Assembly: GCA_963809135.1 (NCBI GenBank)
Contig: CAWEIG010000007.1
Span: forward strand, 165,805 to 229,804
Length of the DNA: 64,000 nucleotides
Direction: 5' to 3'
Source: an uncultured Actinomycetes bacterium
GTDB lineage: Bacteria > Actinomycetota > Actinomycetes > Acidothermales > Acidothermaceae
Made by a program: the position numbers and the translations under genes. Below are positions 52,526 through 63,014 of this stretch, piece by piece (within the stretch, counting starts at the first letter, position 1; every line of letters begins with the position of its first letter). The notes under the pieces were generated by a model. The model searched no databases. It was not told the origin of the DNA and saw only the letters and a program-made list of their open reading frames with translations.

Positions 52526-52816
52526 TCATAGGGAGCCGACCACGGACAACAGGATGTAGGCAGTGCCGATGACGGCGATCCATGCCACGGTCCAGTCGGC
52601 ACTGAACGCCCCCACGCGCAACGGCGGCAACAGACGGTGCACGAACTTCAACGGTGGATCGGTAACCGAATAACACGTCTCCAACGCCACTAAAACGACC
52701 CCGCGGGGACGCCATTCTCGAGCGAAAAGCTGAACATAGTCGAAAACAAGGCGAACGAACATCACCACGATAAAGACAATGAGGACGTCGCGCACGACCA
52801 GCCACAAAGTACTCAT
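52526..52816 (-). CDS. yggT: YggT family membrane protein
   Basis: 96 aa with 2 TM and VTDPPLKFVHRLLPP, in the conserved position between sepF and divIVA. Confidence 0.85.
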   Translation of the reverse strand: MSTLWLVVRDVLIVFIVVMFVRLVFDYVQLFAREWRPRGVVLVALETCYSVTDPPLKFVHRLLPPLRVGAFSADWTVAWIAVIGTAYILLSVVGSL

Positions 52817-52830
52817 GACGTGCCGGCCGC

Positions 52831-53394
52831 CTAGCTTTGATTGAAGAAGCCGCCTTCGGCGATCCGCTGCTTGTCTTCCGCGGTCACCTCGACGTTCTGC
52901 GGTGAGAGCAGGAACACTTTCGCGGTCACACGCTCGATACTCCCACGAAGACCAAAGATCAGCCCAGCCGCGAAGTCGACGAGCCGCTTGGCGTCGGCGT
53001 CGTCCATCTCCGTCAGGTTCATGATGACCGGCGTGCCCTCACGGAAGTGCTCGCCAATCGCACGTGCCTCGTTGTAGGTACGCGGGTGCAGCGTCGTGAC
53101 CCGCACGGCCTCTGCGGCGGAGTCGGCCCACCCCATCGGGGCTGCCGCGACCATCGACCGGCCCTCACCACCGCCTGAACGGGCGCCGGCGTAGGCAGGG
53201 GTGCGCTCGCGCATCTCGGTTTGGAGCGCGCGACGCCCGTACTCGACGTCGGCTTGCGACGAGCCACGGCGGCCCCCGGCTGAGTGGGCGGCGGCAACCG
53301 GCGCAGGGGCCTCGTACTCGTCGTATTCGTCGTAGTTCTCGGCGTCGTCCTCGACGAGGCCGAGGTAGACCATCGCCTTACGCATGACGGCCAT
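52831..53394 (-). CDS. sepF: Cell division protein SepF
   Basis: N-terminal amphipathic [13 protein letters not shown] and C-terminal domain [21 protein letters not shown]...[10 protein letters not shown]. Confidence 0.93.
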   Translation of the reverse strand: MAVMRKAMVYLGLVEDDAENYDEYDEYEAPAPVAAAHSAGGRRGSSQADVEYGRRALQTEMRERTPAYAGARSGGGEGRSMVAAAPMGWADSAAEAVRVTTLHPRTYNEARAIGEHFREGTPVIMNLTEMDDADAKRLVDFAAGLIFGLRGSIERVTAKVFLLSPQNVEVTAEDKQRIAEGGFFNQS

Positions 53395-53452
53395 CGCTGT
53401 CTCCCTCAGTCTCCCTCAGAATCTCCCGCACACACTTACGTCCGTCGGGACC

Positions 53453-54258
53453 TTACCCGACAGGATGCCGCCGAGAGCCGAGCAACGCCGCGCCGACACG
53501 CACGTGTGTGGAACCGTTCGCGACGGCAGATTCGAGGTCACCGCTCATACCGGCCGAAATCACGGTCGCCGCCGGATGCCGCTGCCGTACGCGATCGGCG
53601 ATGGTGGCAAGCGTTGCGAAGGCCCTCCCGGGCTCCGCGCCGAGCGGCGCGACGGCCATCACGCCGTCGAGCTCGAGACCGGGCTGCGAGGCGACAGCCT
53701 CGGCGAGCGCGTCGACGTCCTCCGGCCGTACCCCGGCTCTGCCTGGTCGGGAGATCTCGTCGAGGTCGACCTGGACGAGGCATGGCAGAGGGTGAGCCGC
53801 CGCAGCGGGTGCAGCCGCTGCAGCGGCTGAACCCGCGGCACCTGCCGATCCTCTGCGGCGCGGCCAAGTGCTGCCACCAGCCGCAGGCGATCGACCGAAT
53901 GCACGAGACTTGCGTACGTCACTACCGATGCGCACTTGTTGGTCTGGAGCGCACCCACGAAGTGCCAATGCAGCACGGGTGCAGCTACGTGCGTGGACGC
54001 AGCGATCTCGCCAACCTCGCGGATCTTCTGCACCGCCTCTTGGTCGCGACTCTCGCCGACCTCGGCGATGCCGAGCTCGGCGAGCAGCAAAACGTCGGAC
54101 GCTGGAAACGTCTTCGTGATGGCGATGAGCTCGACGTCGTCGACGGGCCTGCTCGCGGCTGCGCAGGCCGCCGCGATGCGATCGCGTACCTGAGCGAGAT
54201 TGGTCGTCAGCTCGCTGCGTCGACCTGCCGCCCGGTTGACGGGGGTCGGTTCGATCAT
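53453..54258 (-). pseudogene. yggS: YggS/YlmE PLP-binding protein, one frame change near 53790-53850
   Basis: The N-terminal part (MIEPTPV...VELIAITKTFPASDVLLLAELGIAEVGESRDQE...WHFVGALQTNK) is in one frame. The C-terminal part (LPCLVQVDLDE...LDGVMAVAPLG...ISAGMSGDLESAVANGSTHVRVG) is in another. The junction lies in an Ala-rich insert. Confidence 0.8.
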
Positions 54259-54995
54259 GGGCCTCTCCACACCACGGCCCCCATGCGACCGGTCACGTGA
54301 TCTCGGCGGTACGAGAACGTGTCGGGATCCTCGAACGTGCAGCCGCCGACCAATCGAACACGCCGCACACCCGCGCGGGCAAGCTGGTCGAGAGCGCCAG
54401 CCCTGATGTCGAGCGCGGCCCCACCGCTGCGACTGCGTGCTGCCGCAGCGGGAACCACGGCGACCACCGCTGCTGCCATGTCGGGGGGTACCTCGTAACA
54501 GTTGCCGCAAATCGTCGGCCCGATCGCGCCGCGAATTGACCGCGCGCCGAGGTCTCGCATCGTCGTCACGACCGCCTCGACCACACCAGCCACGAGTCCT
54601 GGACGACCGCAGTGCAAGCAACCGATGACACCGACGGCGGGATCGGCCAGAACCACGAGTGCGCAGTCGGCTGACAACGCGGCGAGACCGTGACCACCCG
54701 GACGGCCAGGGCCGCTCGTCGCCGTCACGAGTCCGTCACCCTCCACCGCGGCGTCGGCTGCGTCCACCTCACCGTCGACGACGTGCACATCGCGACCGTG
54801 CTGCGCACGCAACCAGGTCGCTGCGGCTAGATCGAGCCGGTCAAGAACGCTCGCCCTGTTGCGCTCGACGACCGCGGCGTCGTCACCTACGTCGAAACTG
54901 AGGTTGAGTTCGTCGTACGGCGACGCACTGAAGCCGCCGGCTCGGCTGGTGAACGCGAAACGCACGTCACCACCGAGAGCTCCGAGCCAAAGCAC
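54255..54995 (-). CDS. pgeF: YfiH/PgeF (DUF152 laccase-domain, peptidoglycan editing factor)
   Basis: 246 aa with FTSRAGG.S..PYDELNL, the ADC context, HCGRPG and CGNCYEV. Its GTG start shares one nucleotide with the ftsZ stop. Confidence 0.85.
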   Translation of the reverse strand: MLWLGALGGDVRFAFTSRAGGFSASPYDELNLSFDVGDDAAVVERNRASVLDRLDLAAATWLRAQHGRDVHVVDGEVDAADAAVEGDGLVTATSGPGRPGGHGLAALSADCALVVLADPAVGVIGCLHCGRPGLVAGVVEAVVTTMRDLGARSIRGAIGPTICGNCYEVPPDMAAAVVAVVPAAAARSRSGGAALDIRAGALDQLARAGVRRVRLVGGCTFEDPDTFSYRRDHVTGRMGAVVWRGP

Positions 54996-56200
54996 TACTT
55001 CAAGAAATCAGGGACGTCGAGTTCTTCCTCGATCTCGTCCTCGAACACGATCGTGCGCCGAGGTGCGGGCGGCTCACGACGCGGCAGCGCAGTCTCGGCC
55101 GGACCGGACGGCAAGGTGACCCGATCGGGCTGCCGTGGCTCGCTCTTGCTCAAGCTCGGCGGTGCGGTCGTGACGTTGATGGCGTCCTCGATCGGATCAG
55201 ACGGACGGGGCGTCTCGACCATTCGACGAGTTGGCTGCCGCGCGGGCCGCGGGGACCCGCCGTCGAACCCTGCCGCGATCACCGTCACGCGAACCTCGTC
55301 GCCCAGCGCATCGTCGATGACGGCGCCGAAGATGATGTTGGCGTCGGGGTGGGCCGCTTCTGCAACCAGCTGCGCGGCTTCGTTGATTTCGAAAAGCCCA
55401 AGATCGGAACCGCCAGCCACCGACAGCAGCACACCGTGTGCGCCTTCGATCGATGCTTCGAGCAGCGGGCTCGAAATCGCCATCTCCGCTGCTGCGACAG
55501 CGCGGTCTTCACCGCGCGCTGAGCCGATGCCCATCAGCGCAGAACCTGCACCTGCCATCACCGACTTGACGTCGGCGAAGTCGAGGTTGATAAGCCCTGG
55601 CGTCGTGATGAGGTCGGTGATGCCAGACACGCCCTGCAGCAGCACTTGGTCAGCGGACTTGAACGCGTCGAGCACGCTGATCTTCCGGTCGCTGATCGAG
55701 AGCAGCCGGTCGTTCGGAATCACGATCAGGGTGTCGACTTCGTCGCGAAGTTCCTCGATGCCTACGTCGGCTTGCTCGCCACGCCGGCGACCCTCGAACC
55801 CGAAGGGACGCGTGACGACGCCGATCGTGAGAGCGCCCAGCCCGCGGGAAAGTCGCGCGACAACCGGCGCCCCGCCAGTGCCGGTACCGCCACCCTCGCC
55901 GGCGGTCACGAACACCATGTCGGCGCCCTTGAGGACCTCTTCGATTTCCTCGGTGTGGTCTTCGGCGGCCTGGCGGCCAACCTCAGGGTCAGCCCCTGCG
56001 CCGAGGCCTCGGGTGAGTTCGCGACCGATGTCGAGCTTCACGTCAGCGTCGCTCATCAGCAACGCTTGCGCGTCGGTGTTGATCGCGATGAACTCGACGC
56101 CCTTGAGACCGACCTCGATCATCCGGTTGACGGCGTTGACGCCGCCACCGCCGATGCCGACGACCTTGATGACCGCGAGGTAGTTCTGCGGTGCTGCCAC
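54995..56200 (-). CDS. ftsZ: Cell division GTPase FtsZ
   Basis: The GTG at 56200 gives [29 protein letters not shown]. Contains [13 protein letters not shown] and the C-terminal DVPDFLK. The track ORF extends to 56302. Confidence 0.96.
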   Translation of the reverse strand: MAAPQNYLAVIKVVGIGGGGVNAVNRMIEVGLKGVEFIAINTDAQALLMSDADVKLDIGRELTRGLGAGADPEVGRQAAEDHTEEIEEVLKGADMVFVTAGEGGGTGTGGAPVVARLSRGLGALTIGVVTRPFGFEGRRRGEQADVGIEELRDEVDTLIVIPNDRLLSISDRKISVLDAFKSADQVLLQGVSGITDLITTPGLINLDFADVKSVMAGAGSALMGIGSARGEDRAVAAAEMAISSPLLEASIEGAHGVLLSVAGGSDLGLFEINEAAQLVAEAAHPDANIIFGAVIDDALGDEVRVTVIAAGFDGGSPRPARQPTRRMVETPRPSDPIEDAINVTTAPPSLSKSEPRQPDRVTLPSGPAETALPRREPPAPRRTIVFEDEIEEELDVPDFLK

Positions 56201-56389
56201 CGGCTTCGCCTTGCCTTCCTCTATACGCCCTGGTGTGCCCCTGACGTGCCCTTGATGCGCGTGTCGCGTGTCACCGAAGCGATGGTGCGGGGAAGCCACC
56301 ACCGTTCGTGCAGCGACTCAACAACGAAAGACGCGCGACCCTCATCCTCAAGTAGACCGTTATAGTTATGTCAACCTGAAGATGCGAGG

Positions 56390-56419
56390 AGATTAGATCC
56401 CATACCCGCGAGGGGTCAA
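56390..56419 (-). promoter_or_regulatory. Candidate ftsZ promoter: TTGACC (56419-56414), 18-nt spacer, TAATCT (56395-56390)
   Basis: Hexamers read on the minus strand in the AT-richer murC-ftsZ spacer. The -35 hexamer overlaps the murC stop. This is purely a sequence-pattern call. Confidence 0.25.
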
Positions 56420-57927
56420 CGCGGGATCCGGCGTGTCGTCTCCGAACCTTTCCCCGCGCCGTGCTCCACACCGTGCTCCGCACCCTTTCCCCGGCTGTGC
56501 TCCGCACTTGCCCCCACACCGTCCCGCAGCGCATCGAGAACCTCAGGTGCGAGCATCGCGACATCTCCGCCAGCACCCATCGTCAACACCAGATCTCCGG
56601 GTCGCGCGCGCTGCGCGAGATGTGCGGGAACCGCTGACCACGACGGCTCGAAAACGACGTGCTCGGGCGGCAACGTCACAGCAGCGGCAAGCGCAGTACC
56701 CGTGCCGTCGGGCAGCATCGTCTCCCCCGGTGCGTACACCTCCATCACCACGACGTCGTCGGCGAGCGCGAGCGCCTGACCGAATTCTTTGCAGAAGTCG
56801 GCGGTCCGGTAGTAGTGGTGTGCTTGAAACGCGACGACCAACCGGCCGTCGCCCACGACGCCGCGTGCAGCCGTCAGGATCGCGGCGACCTCGGTCGGAT
56901 GATGGGCGTAGTCGTCATAGACCCGCACCCCGTTGACGACACCCTTCGGTTCGAATCGCCGCCGCGCGCCCGTGAAGACGGTCAAGCCCGCGGCGAATTC
57001 CGCGAACGGCATATCGAGCCCGAGCCCGATGGTGGTTGCAGCCGCCGCGTTCAGTGCGTTGTGCCGGCCCGGCACGCGCAACACGACCTCACCGAGCCGG
57101 CGTCCGTCTGCAATGACGTGAAACGACGAGCCGGTTCCCGCGAGCTCGAGGTTCACGATCCGCACATCAGCGTCAGCAGCTTCGCCATACGTCCGGACGT
57201 CGATGCCGGCGGTCCGTGCGAACCGCGCGAGCTGCATCGCACCGCGGTCATCAGCGCACACGACGAGGAATCCGTCGCTCGCGATGCGCCCCGCAAAACG
57301 CTCGAACGCCTCATGAATCTCCGCGAGGCCGGCGTAGTGGTTCAAGTGATCGGCCTCGATGTTGGTGACGATCGCTGCGAACGGTGACAGCAGGAGGAAC
57401 GACTCGTCGCTCTCGTCGGCCTCGGCGACGAAGATGTCGCCACCACCGTCGTGCGCGTTCGACCCCGGCTCGTTGAGATCGGCGCCTATGGCGAACGACG
57501 GGTCCTCGCCGCAATGTTGAAGCGCCCGGGCCAGCATCGAGGTGGTGGTGGTCTTGCCGTGGGTGCCTGCGACGGCGATGCCACGGCGGCCCGCCATGAC
57601 CGAAGCGAGCGCGGCTGCGCGCGGAAGGATCCGCAAACCCCTTGCTCGCGCCTCGACGAGTTCCGGGTTCGACTCCTGGATCGCACTCGACACGACGACG
57701 GTCTCGGCGGCACCCAGGTTCGCAGCATCGTGACCGACGTAGACCTTCGCCCCGAGCACGCGCAGGGCGGCAAGCACACGGGCCTCTTTCGCGTCGCTGC
57801 CCGTCACGGTCGATCCGCGCGTGAGCATGATGCGGGCGATGCCCGACATGCCGCCGCCACCGATGCCGATGAAGTGCACGACGCCGAGGTGGTCGGCCGG
57901 CACCGCCTCGGCCGAGGCTGCGCTCAT
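56416..57927 (-). CDS. murC: UDP-N-acetylmuramate--L-alanine ligase with a short repetitive C-terminal tail
   Basis: 503 aa with HFIGIGGGGMSGIA, GTHGKTTTTSM and DDYAHHPTEV. Confidence 0.95.
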   Translation of the reverse strand: MSAASAEAVPADHLGVVHFIGIGGGGMSGIARIMLTRGSTVTGSDAKEARVLAALRVLGAKVYVGHDAANLGAAETVVVSSAIQESNPELVEARARGLRILPRAAALASVMAGRRGIAVAGTHGKTTTTSMLARALQHCGEDPSFAIGADLNEPGSNAHDGGGDIFVAEADESDESFLLLSPFAAIVTNIEADHLNHYAGLAEIHEAFERFAGRIASDGFLVVCADDRGAMQLARFARTAGIDVRTYGEAADADVRIVNLELAGTGSSFHVIADGRRLGEVVLRVPGRHNALNAAAATTIGLGLDMPFAEFAAGLTVFTGARRRFEPKGVVNGVRVYDDYAHHPTEVAAILTAARGVVGDGRLVVAFQAHHYYRTADFCKEFGQALALADDVVVMEVYAPGETMLPDGTGTALAAAVTLPPEHVVFEPSWSAVPAHLAQRARPGDLVLTMGAGGDVAMLAPEVLDALRDGVGASAEHSRGKGAEHGVEHGAGKGSETTRRIPR

Positions 57928-59051
57928 CGGCCCCTCGTTCGGCCCGGCCGGCTGGCGGCCGCCTCGAGAATCATGTCGACCAGTTTCTCGTCTGCGTCGC
58001 GGCGGCCCAAATCGGCCGCTCGCGCTGACATCGTGCGCAGCCTGCGCTGGTTGGTCAGCAACGGGATCACGAAGTCGTGGATCCAGGCTGGGCGCAATTC
58101 GGCGTCCGACACCATGAGACCGCCACCGAAGTCGACGATCGGCGCCGCGTTGAAACGCTGCTCCCCGTTGCCGTGCGGCAGCGGCACGTAGACACCGGGC
58201 AAGCCGACCGCGGTGAGCTCGGCGCAGGTCATCGCCCCAGCGCGGCAGAGCATGAGATCTGCTGCGGCATAGGCCAACTCCATGTGGTCGACATACGGCA
58301 CCAACACGTACGGCGGGCTGTCGGGTTTAAGGGCAGGCTTCGAGGCGTCGACGTCGGCGACCTGGGTCGGGCCGGCGATGTGCAGTACCTGAATGCCCGC
58401 CCCCAGCAGGTCTTCGACGCTGCCTACCACGGCTTTGTTGATGGAACGCGCGCCCTGCGACCCTCCCGACACAAGCAACGTCGGTGCGTCGGCGAGCAGG
58501 CCAAGTTCGGCGCGCGCGCTGCCTCGAAGTGCGCCTCGATTCAGCGTGCTGATGGCGCGCCGCAGAGGGATACCGATGACAGCCGCGTGCGGCAACTTCG
58601 GGTCGTCGGTGCTCGATGCCACGTACGGCGTGAAGCGCGCGCCCCACCGATTGGCCAGACCAGGCTTTGCATTCGCTTCGTGGACGACGTAGGGCAACTT
58701 GGCGCCGCGCGCCGCAAGGTAGGCGGGCAGCGCCACATATCCGCCGAAACCGACGACGACATCGGCGCCGACGTCGTCGAGGATCGCCGTTGTCTCGCGG
58801 ACGGCGGTGCGCATGCGGGTCGGAACGGTGAGGAACGTCGGGGTCAACGTTCGTGGCAGCGGGACAGGCGGAATTAGCGCCAGTTCGTAGCCGCGCGCAG
58901 GTACCAGCCTCGTCTCGAGGCCGCGCGCGGTACCCAGCATGGTGATGCCGACATCGGGATCGCGTCGGCGCAGAGCATCAGCGACCGCAAGCGCAGGCTC
59001 GACGTGCCCCGCGGTTCCGCCGCCCGCGAGCACCACGTGCATCGAGGTCAC
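57924..59051 (-). CDS. murG: Lipid II synthase MurG
   Basis: 375 aa with VVLAGGGTAGHVEPALA and a GT28 C-terminal domain. Confidence 0.95.
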   Translation of the reverse strand: MTSMHVVLAGGGTAGHVEPALAVADALRRRDPDVGITMLGTARGLETRLVPARGYELALIPPVPLPRTLTPTFLTVPTRMRTAVRETTAILDDVGADVVVGFGGYVALPAYLAARGAKLPYVVHEANAKPGLANRWGARFTPYVASSTDDPKLPHAAVIGIPLRRAISTLNRGALRGSARAELGLLADAPTLLVSGGSQGARSINKAVVGSVEDLLGAGIQVLHIAGPTQVADVDASKPALKPDSPPYVLVPYVDHMELAYAAADLMLCRAGAMTCAELTAVGLPGVYVPLPHGNGEQRFNAAPIVDFGGGLMVSDAELRPAWIHDFVIPLLTNQRRLRTMSARAADLGRRDADEKLVDMILEAAASRPGRTRGR

Positions 59052-60409
59052 CGACTACTAGGGAGACGATGGGACAGGTGGAGGACGGAAGCCGTGATGA
59101 AAGCAGTCTTGCGGGCAGTCTTGCGCACACCTCGACGGAAGACATTGGGGCCGCGAGCAGCGATGGCGGCCGCTGCGCTCGGCTCCCGGCGAGCCAGTGA
59201 CATCAACACCCCGAGGGCAAACAGCGTTGGTATCAGGGCCGAGCCGCCCGCCGATATGAGCGGTAAGGGAATGCCGGTGATCGGGAGCAGCCCGACCACC
59301 GCGCCAATGTTGACGAGGGCCTGCACCATGAGCCACGCGACGATCGCCGATGCCGTAAGCCGCGAGAACATGTCGCGGCTGCGTTGTGCGACGCGGATTC
59401 CCGCATATGCCAGCACGGCGAAGAGGATGAGAACCGCGATCGTGCCGACCAACCCGAGTTCTTCGCCGATGATCGCGAAGATGAAGTCGGTGTGGGCCTC
59501 AGGGAGGTAACCCCACTTCTGTCGGCTGCTACCGAGACCGACGCCCCACCAACCGCCAGCGCCCAAACCGTAGATGCCTTGGCAGGCTTGCCATCCGGTG
59601 TTCAGACAGTCCTTGAACGGGTGGTTGAAACTGAGCAGCCGCTGGAGTCGGTAGGGCTCGCTGATCGCCAGGTAGGAGACCCCCGCGATGACCGCGGCCA
59701 AGGTGATGACGAAGACCCGCAGCGGCGCGCCGACGACCCACAACAACGACAACACGATCGTGAGGACGACCAGCATCGTGCCGAGGTCGTGCTCCTTGTC
59801 GATGAGCAGCAATACGACGAGGGAGACCGGGAGCAGCGGAATGAGCATCCGCCGGTAGGTGTCGAGAGTGCGCAATTTGTACTTGCGCGCAAGCAAATCG
59901 GCACCCCACAACACCAGACCGAGCTTGGCGAACTCCGACGGCTGGATCGTGAACGGACCACCGAGCGCGACCCACCGGGTCGCACCGTTCGCAGAGACGC
60001 CGAGCCCTGGCACGAGAACAGCGATCAGCAAGACGCCCGACCCGAGCAGTGCGGGGTAGGCGAAGAACCGGAAGAACGAGATCGGGAGCCGGCTAGCGAT
60101 CAGCAGCAGTGGCAATCCGATCGCAAGCCACAGCAGTTGCTTTTGCAAGACGGCGAACGACACCTGGTCGGATTCGACGTACGACGACGACCACACCATG
60201 ACGATGCCGAAGCCGACGAGTAGCGCGGTGCTCGCGAGCAGCAGGTAGTACGAGGCCAGCGGCCGCCACAACAGCGGCGGGTGATCGATCTTCGACCAGA
60301 TCGCGGTGACGGTACCCGTAGCCGGCTGATCCGTGCCTGCAACAGGCGGCTTCGCGTCGGATGCGGCCGCGTCGGATGCGGCCGCGTCGGACATCGCCGC
60401 ATCGGACAT
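59048..60409 (-). CDS. ftsW: FtsW/SEDS peptidoglycan polymerase
   Basis: 453 aa and polytopic, with GATRW, QPSEFAKL and PLPLISAGGS. The ATG at 60409 is the first start after an in-frame TGA at 60488-60490. Confidence 0.92.
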   Translation of the reverse strand: MSDAAMSDAAASDAAASDAKPPVAGTDQPATGTVTAIWSKIDHPPLLWRPLASYYLLLASTALLVGFGIVMVWSSSYVESDQVSFAVLQKQLLWLAIGLPLLLIASRLPISFFRFFAYPALLGSGVLLIAVLVPGLGVSANGATRWVALGGPFTIQPSEFAKLGLVLWGADLLARKYKLRTLDTYRRMLIPLLPVSLVVLLLIDKEHDLGTMLVVLTIVLSLLWVVGAPLRVFVITLAAVIAGVSYLAISEPYRLQRLLSFNHPFKDCLNTGWQACQGIYGLGAGGWWGVGLGSSRQKWGYLPEAHTDFIFAIIGEELGLVGTIAVLILFAVLAYAGIRVAQRSRDMFSRLTASAIVAWLMVQALVNIGAVVGLLPITGIPLPLISAGGSALIPTLFALGVLMSLARREPSAAAAIAARGPNVFRRGVRKTARKTAFITASVLHLSHRLPSSR

Positions 60410-60458
60410 AGCCGTGGCGGACGCTGCCTGCTCGGACGCTGCCTGCTCGGCCGGCGCC
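60354..60458. repeat. 15-bp periodic array (about 7 units, two adjacent pairs identical) spanning the ftsW start codon
   Basis: GCGTCGGATGCGGCC x2, then diverging units, then GGACGCTGCCTGCTC x2. It encodes SDAAA-type pentapeptides in the ftsW N-terminus. Confidence 0.8.
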
Positions 60459-60498
60459 GGCGCGCGGTCCCGGATCGGTGGTCGTTGTCATCGAGCGC

Positions 60499-61974
60499 TC
60501 ACCCGCTCACGCGATCCGCATGCGAGGCGATACGACGGTGCACCGCTGCGACGAATACGTCGCCCCGGTGCGCGTAGTCGCGAAACATGTCCATCGAGGC
60601 CGCAGCAGGAGCAAGCAGCACGGTGTCACCGGCGACTGCGAGCCCAAGCGTCTCGGCGACGACACGATCCATGACGGCATCCACCTGGTCAGTCTCGGAC
60701 CCGACGACCTCGACCACGCGGACATCGGGTGCGTGTCGCGCGAGTGCGTCGGAGATTTCCTGCCTGGACGCGCCAATAAGCACAGCCGCACGCAATCGCG
60801 GAGCTGCGACACGCACGACATCGTCGAACGGAATTCCCTTGCCGAGGCCGCCTGCGATCCACACGATCGAATCGAACGACGTCAGCGAAGCCGCCGCAGC
60901 GTGCGGGCTGGTCGCCTTCGAATCGTCGACGAATTGCACGCCGTCGATCACCGCGACAACGGCGATCCGATGCGGTGCGGGCGTGAAGTTACGCAAGCCC
61001 TCGCCGACGGCAGTTGGTGCGACCCCGAAGGCACGCGCCAACGCGGCTGCGGCGAGAGCGTTGGCGACGTTGTGTGGTCCCGGCACGGTCACGTCGCTCA
61101 ACGATGCGAGTTCGACCGCGTTGTTCGTCGGATCATCGACGAAGGCCCGATCCACTAACAGATCTTCGACGACACCGAGTTGGTGCGGGCGGGGACTGGT
61201 CAAGGTGAAGGCCACTCGACGTCCCGGCGCTCGAGCGAGTAGCCGCGTACTGACAGCGTCGTCGGCGTTTCCGACCGCACACGTGACGGCATGCGCGAAC
61301 GCGAGACCCTTCGCAGCCACATAGTCGTCGAACGAGTCGCCCCACCAGTCGAGATGGTCGGGCGCGACGTTGAGCACGGCGGCGGCGAGCGGTGCAACCG
61401 AGCGCGACCAGTGCAGCTGGAAGCTGCCGAGTTCGACGGCCAATGCGTCGTAGGGACCGTTCACGAGCTCGACCAGGGCCGTGCCAATGTTGCCTGCTGA
61501 CGCCGCGCGGTGTCCGGCGGCGTTCAGTATCGACTCGAGCATCAATGTTGTCGTCGTCTTTCCGTCGGTGCCGGTGACGACGAGCCAGGGCGCCGCATCG
61601 GGTGTGCGCAGCCGCCACGCAAGCTCCGGCTCGCCCCAAATCGGTATGCCACTCGATGCCGCCGCCACGAAAAGCAGTGACTCGCGCCGCCAGCCAGGCG
61701 ACGTCACGACAAGCTGCACCGCCTCCGGCAATGTGTCGCCGTCACCGAGGCGGACGTCGACGCCGACCAGCGACAGCTCGGCGGCTGCCTTCTGCTCCCG
61801 CTCACCGGCGCCTGCGTCGACAGCGATCACCGAGGCGCCAAGCGATCGCAGCACGCGCGCGCATGCCGAACCGGAGACCCCGACGCCGGCAACGCACACG
61901 GTCAACTCGTGCCATGGTGCGTCATATGCAGCCGACGGCAACCACGAAGCAATCACTTCTGCCACGTGATCCAC
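60499..61974 (-). CDS. murD: UDP-N-acetylmuramoylalanine--D-glutamate ligase
   Basis: 491 aa with [21 protein letters not shown] and Mur ligase middle and C-terminal domains. Confidence 0.93.
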   Translation of the reverse strand: MDHVAEVIASWLPSAAYDAPWHELTVCVAGVGVSGSACARVLRSLGASVIAVDAGAGEREQKAAAELSLVGVDVRLGDGDTLPEAVQLVVTSPGWRRESLLFVAAASSGIPIWGEPELAWRLRTPDAAPWLVVTGTDGKTTTTLMLESILNAAGHRAASAGNIGTALVELVNGPYDALAVELGSFQLHWSRSVAPLAAAVLNVAPDHLDWWGDSFDDYVAAKGLAFAHAVTCAVGNADDAVSTRLLARAPGRRVAFTLTSPRPHQLGVVEDLLVDRAFVDDPTNNAVELASLSDVTVPGPHNVANALAAAALARAFGVAPTAVGEGLRNFTPAPHRIAVVAVIDGVQFVDDSKATSPHAAAASLTSFDSIVWIAGGLGKGIPFDDVVRVAAPRLRAAVLIGASRQEISDALARHAPDVRVVEVVGSETDQVDAVMDRVVAETLGLAVAGDTVLLAPAAASMDMFRDYAHRGDVFVAAVHRRIASHADRVSG

Positions 61975-63014
61975 TCTGCGTAGAAAACGCCAAGGCCTAG
62001 TGCCACCGCAAGACCGGCGATGATCCAGAACCGGATCACGATCGTCACCTCAGCCCAGCCCTTGAGCTCGAAATGGTGTTGCAGCGGCGCCATTTTGAAC
62101 ACCCGGCGGTGAGTCATCTTGAAGTACCCGATCTGAATGATGCTCGACATCGTGATGACCACGAACAGTCCGCCGAGCACCGCAAGGAGCAGTTCGGTGC
62201 GGGTCATGATGGCCATTCCGGCGAGCGCGCCGCCGAGTGCGAGCGAGCCGGTGTCTCCCATGAAAATGCGTGCAGGCGCGGCATTCCACCACAGGAAACC
62301 CGCACAGGCGCCCGCGAATGCGGCCGCAAGAATGGCCAGGTCGAACGGATCTCGTACCGGATAGCAACCAGCGGCGGCTTTGGTGAGGCAATCGTTGCGC
62401 CCTTGCCAGAACGTCATGATGACGAACGCTGCGAATACCATCGTCGACGCCCCGGTTGCCAGTCCGTCAAGACCGTCGGTCAGGTTCACCCCGTTCGACG
62501 TCGACGACACGAGCACCAGCGCCCAGATCACGAACCCGACAGCACCCAGAGCGACGGTCGTGTCGCGGACGAAAGAGATGTGCGTCGACGCCGGATGAAT
62601 GCCTGAGCTGTCGGGAAACTGCAGCACCAAGATGCCGAACACAACCGCTACGAGAGTCTGCCCGAGCAACTTGGTGCGGGCCCGCAGGCCGAGGTTGCGT
62701 TGCATTCGGACTTTGATGAAGTCGTCGAGGAACCCGACAAGCCCGAGCCCAGTCGCGAGGCCTAGTACGAGCAATCCTGACGCCGTTGGGCCGCTGGCGC
62801 TGAGCATGTTTCCCGCCGCGTAGCCAAGGATCGCGGCCAGCAAGATGACCGTGCCGCCCATCGTCGGAGTGCCGCGCTTCGTGTGATGTGTCGTCGGCCC
62901 GTCGTCGCGGATCAGCTGCCCGTAACCACGACTCGTGAGCAGCCTGATCGCAAACGGCGTGCCGAACAGCGAGATGACCAGCGCGATGGTGCCCGCGGCC
63001 AGAATGCCTTTCAT
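61953..63014 (-). CDS. mraY: Phospho-N-acetylmuramoyl-pentapeptide transferase
   Basis: 353 aa with [16 protein letters not shown] and [10 protein letters not shown]. Confidence 0.96.
   Translation of the reverse strand: MKGILAAGTIALVISLFGTPFAIRLLTSRGYGQLIRDDGPTTHHTKRGTPTMGGTVILLAAILGYAAGNMLSASGPTASGLLVLGLATGLGLVGFLDDFIKVRMQRNLGLRARTKLLGQTLVAVVFGILVLQFPDSSGIHPASTHISFVRDTTVALGAVGFVIWALVLVSSTSNGVNLTDGLDGLATGASTMVFAAFVIMTFWQGRNDCLTKAAAGCYPVRDPFDLAILAAAFAGACAGFLWWNAAPARIFMGDTGSLALGGALAGMAIMTRTELLLAVLGGLFVVITMSSIIQIGYFKMTHRRVFKMAPLQHHFELKGWAEVTIVIRFWIIAGLAVALGLGVFYAEWITWQK

Noticed and set aside
56346-56374. A second promoter-like TTGACA in the murC-ftsZ spacer
   Set aside because: No acceptable -10 hexamer lies at 16-19 nt spacing (TTGAGG at 17 nt).
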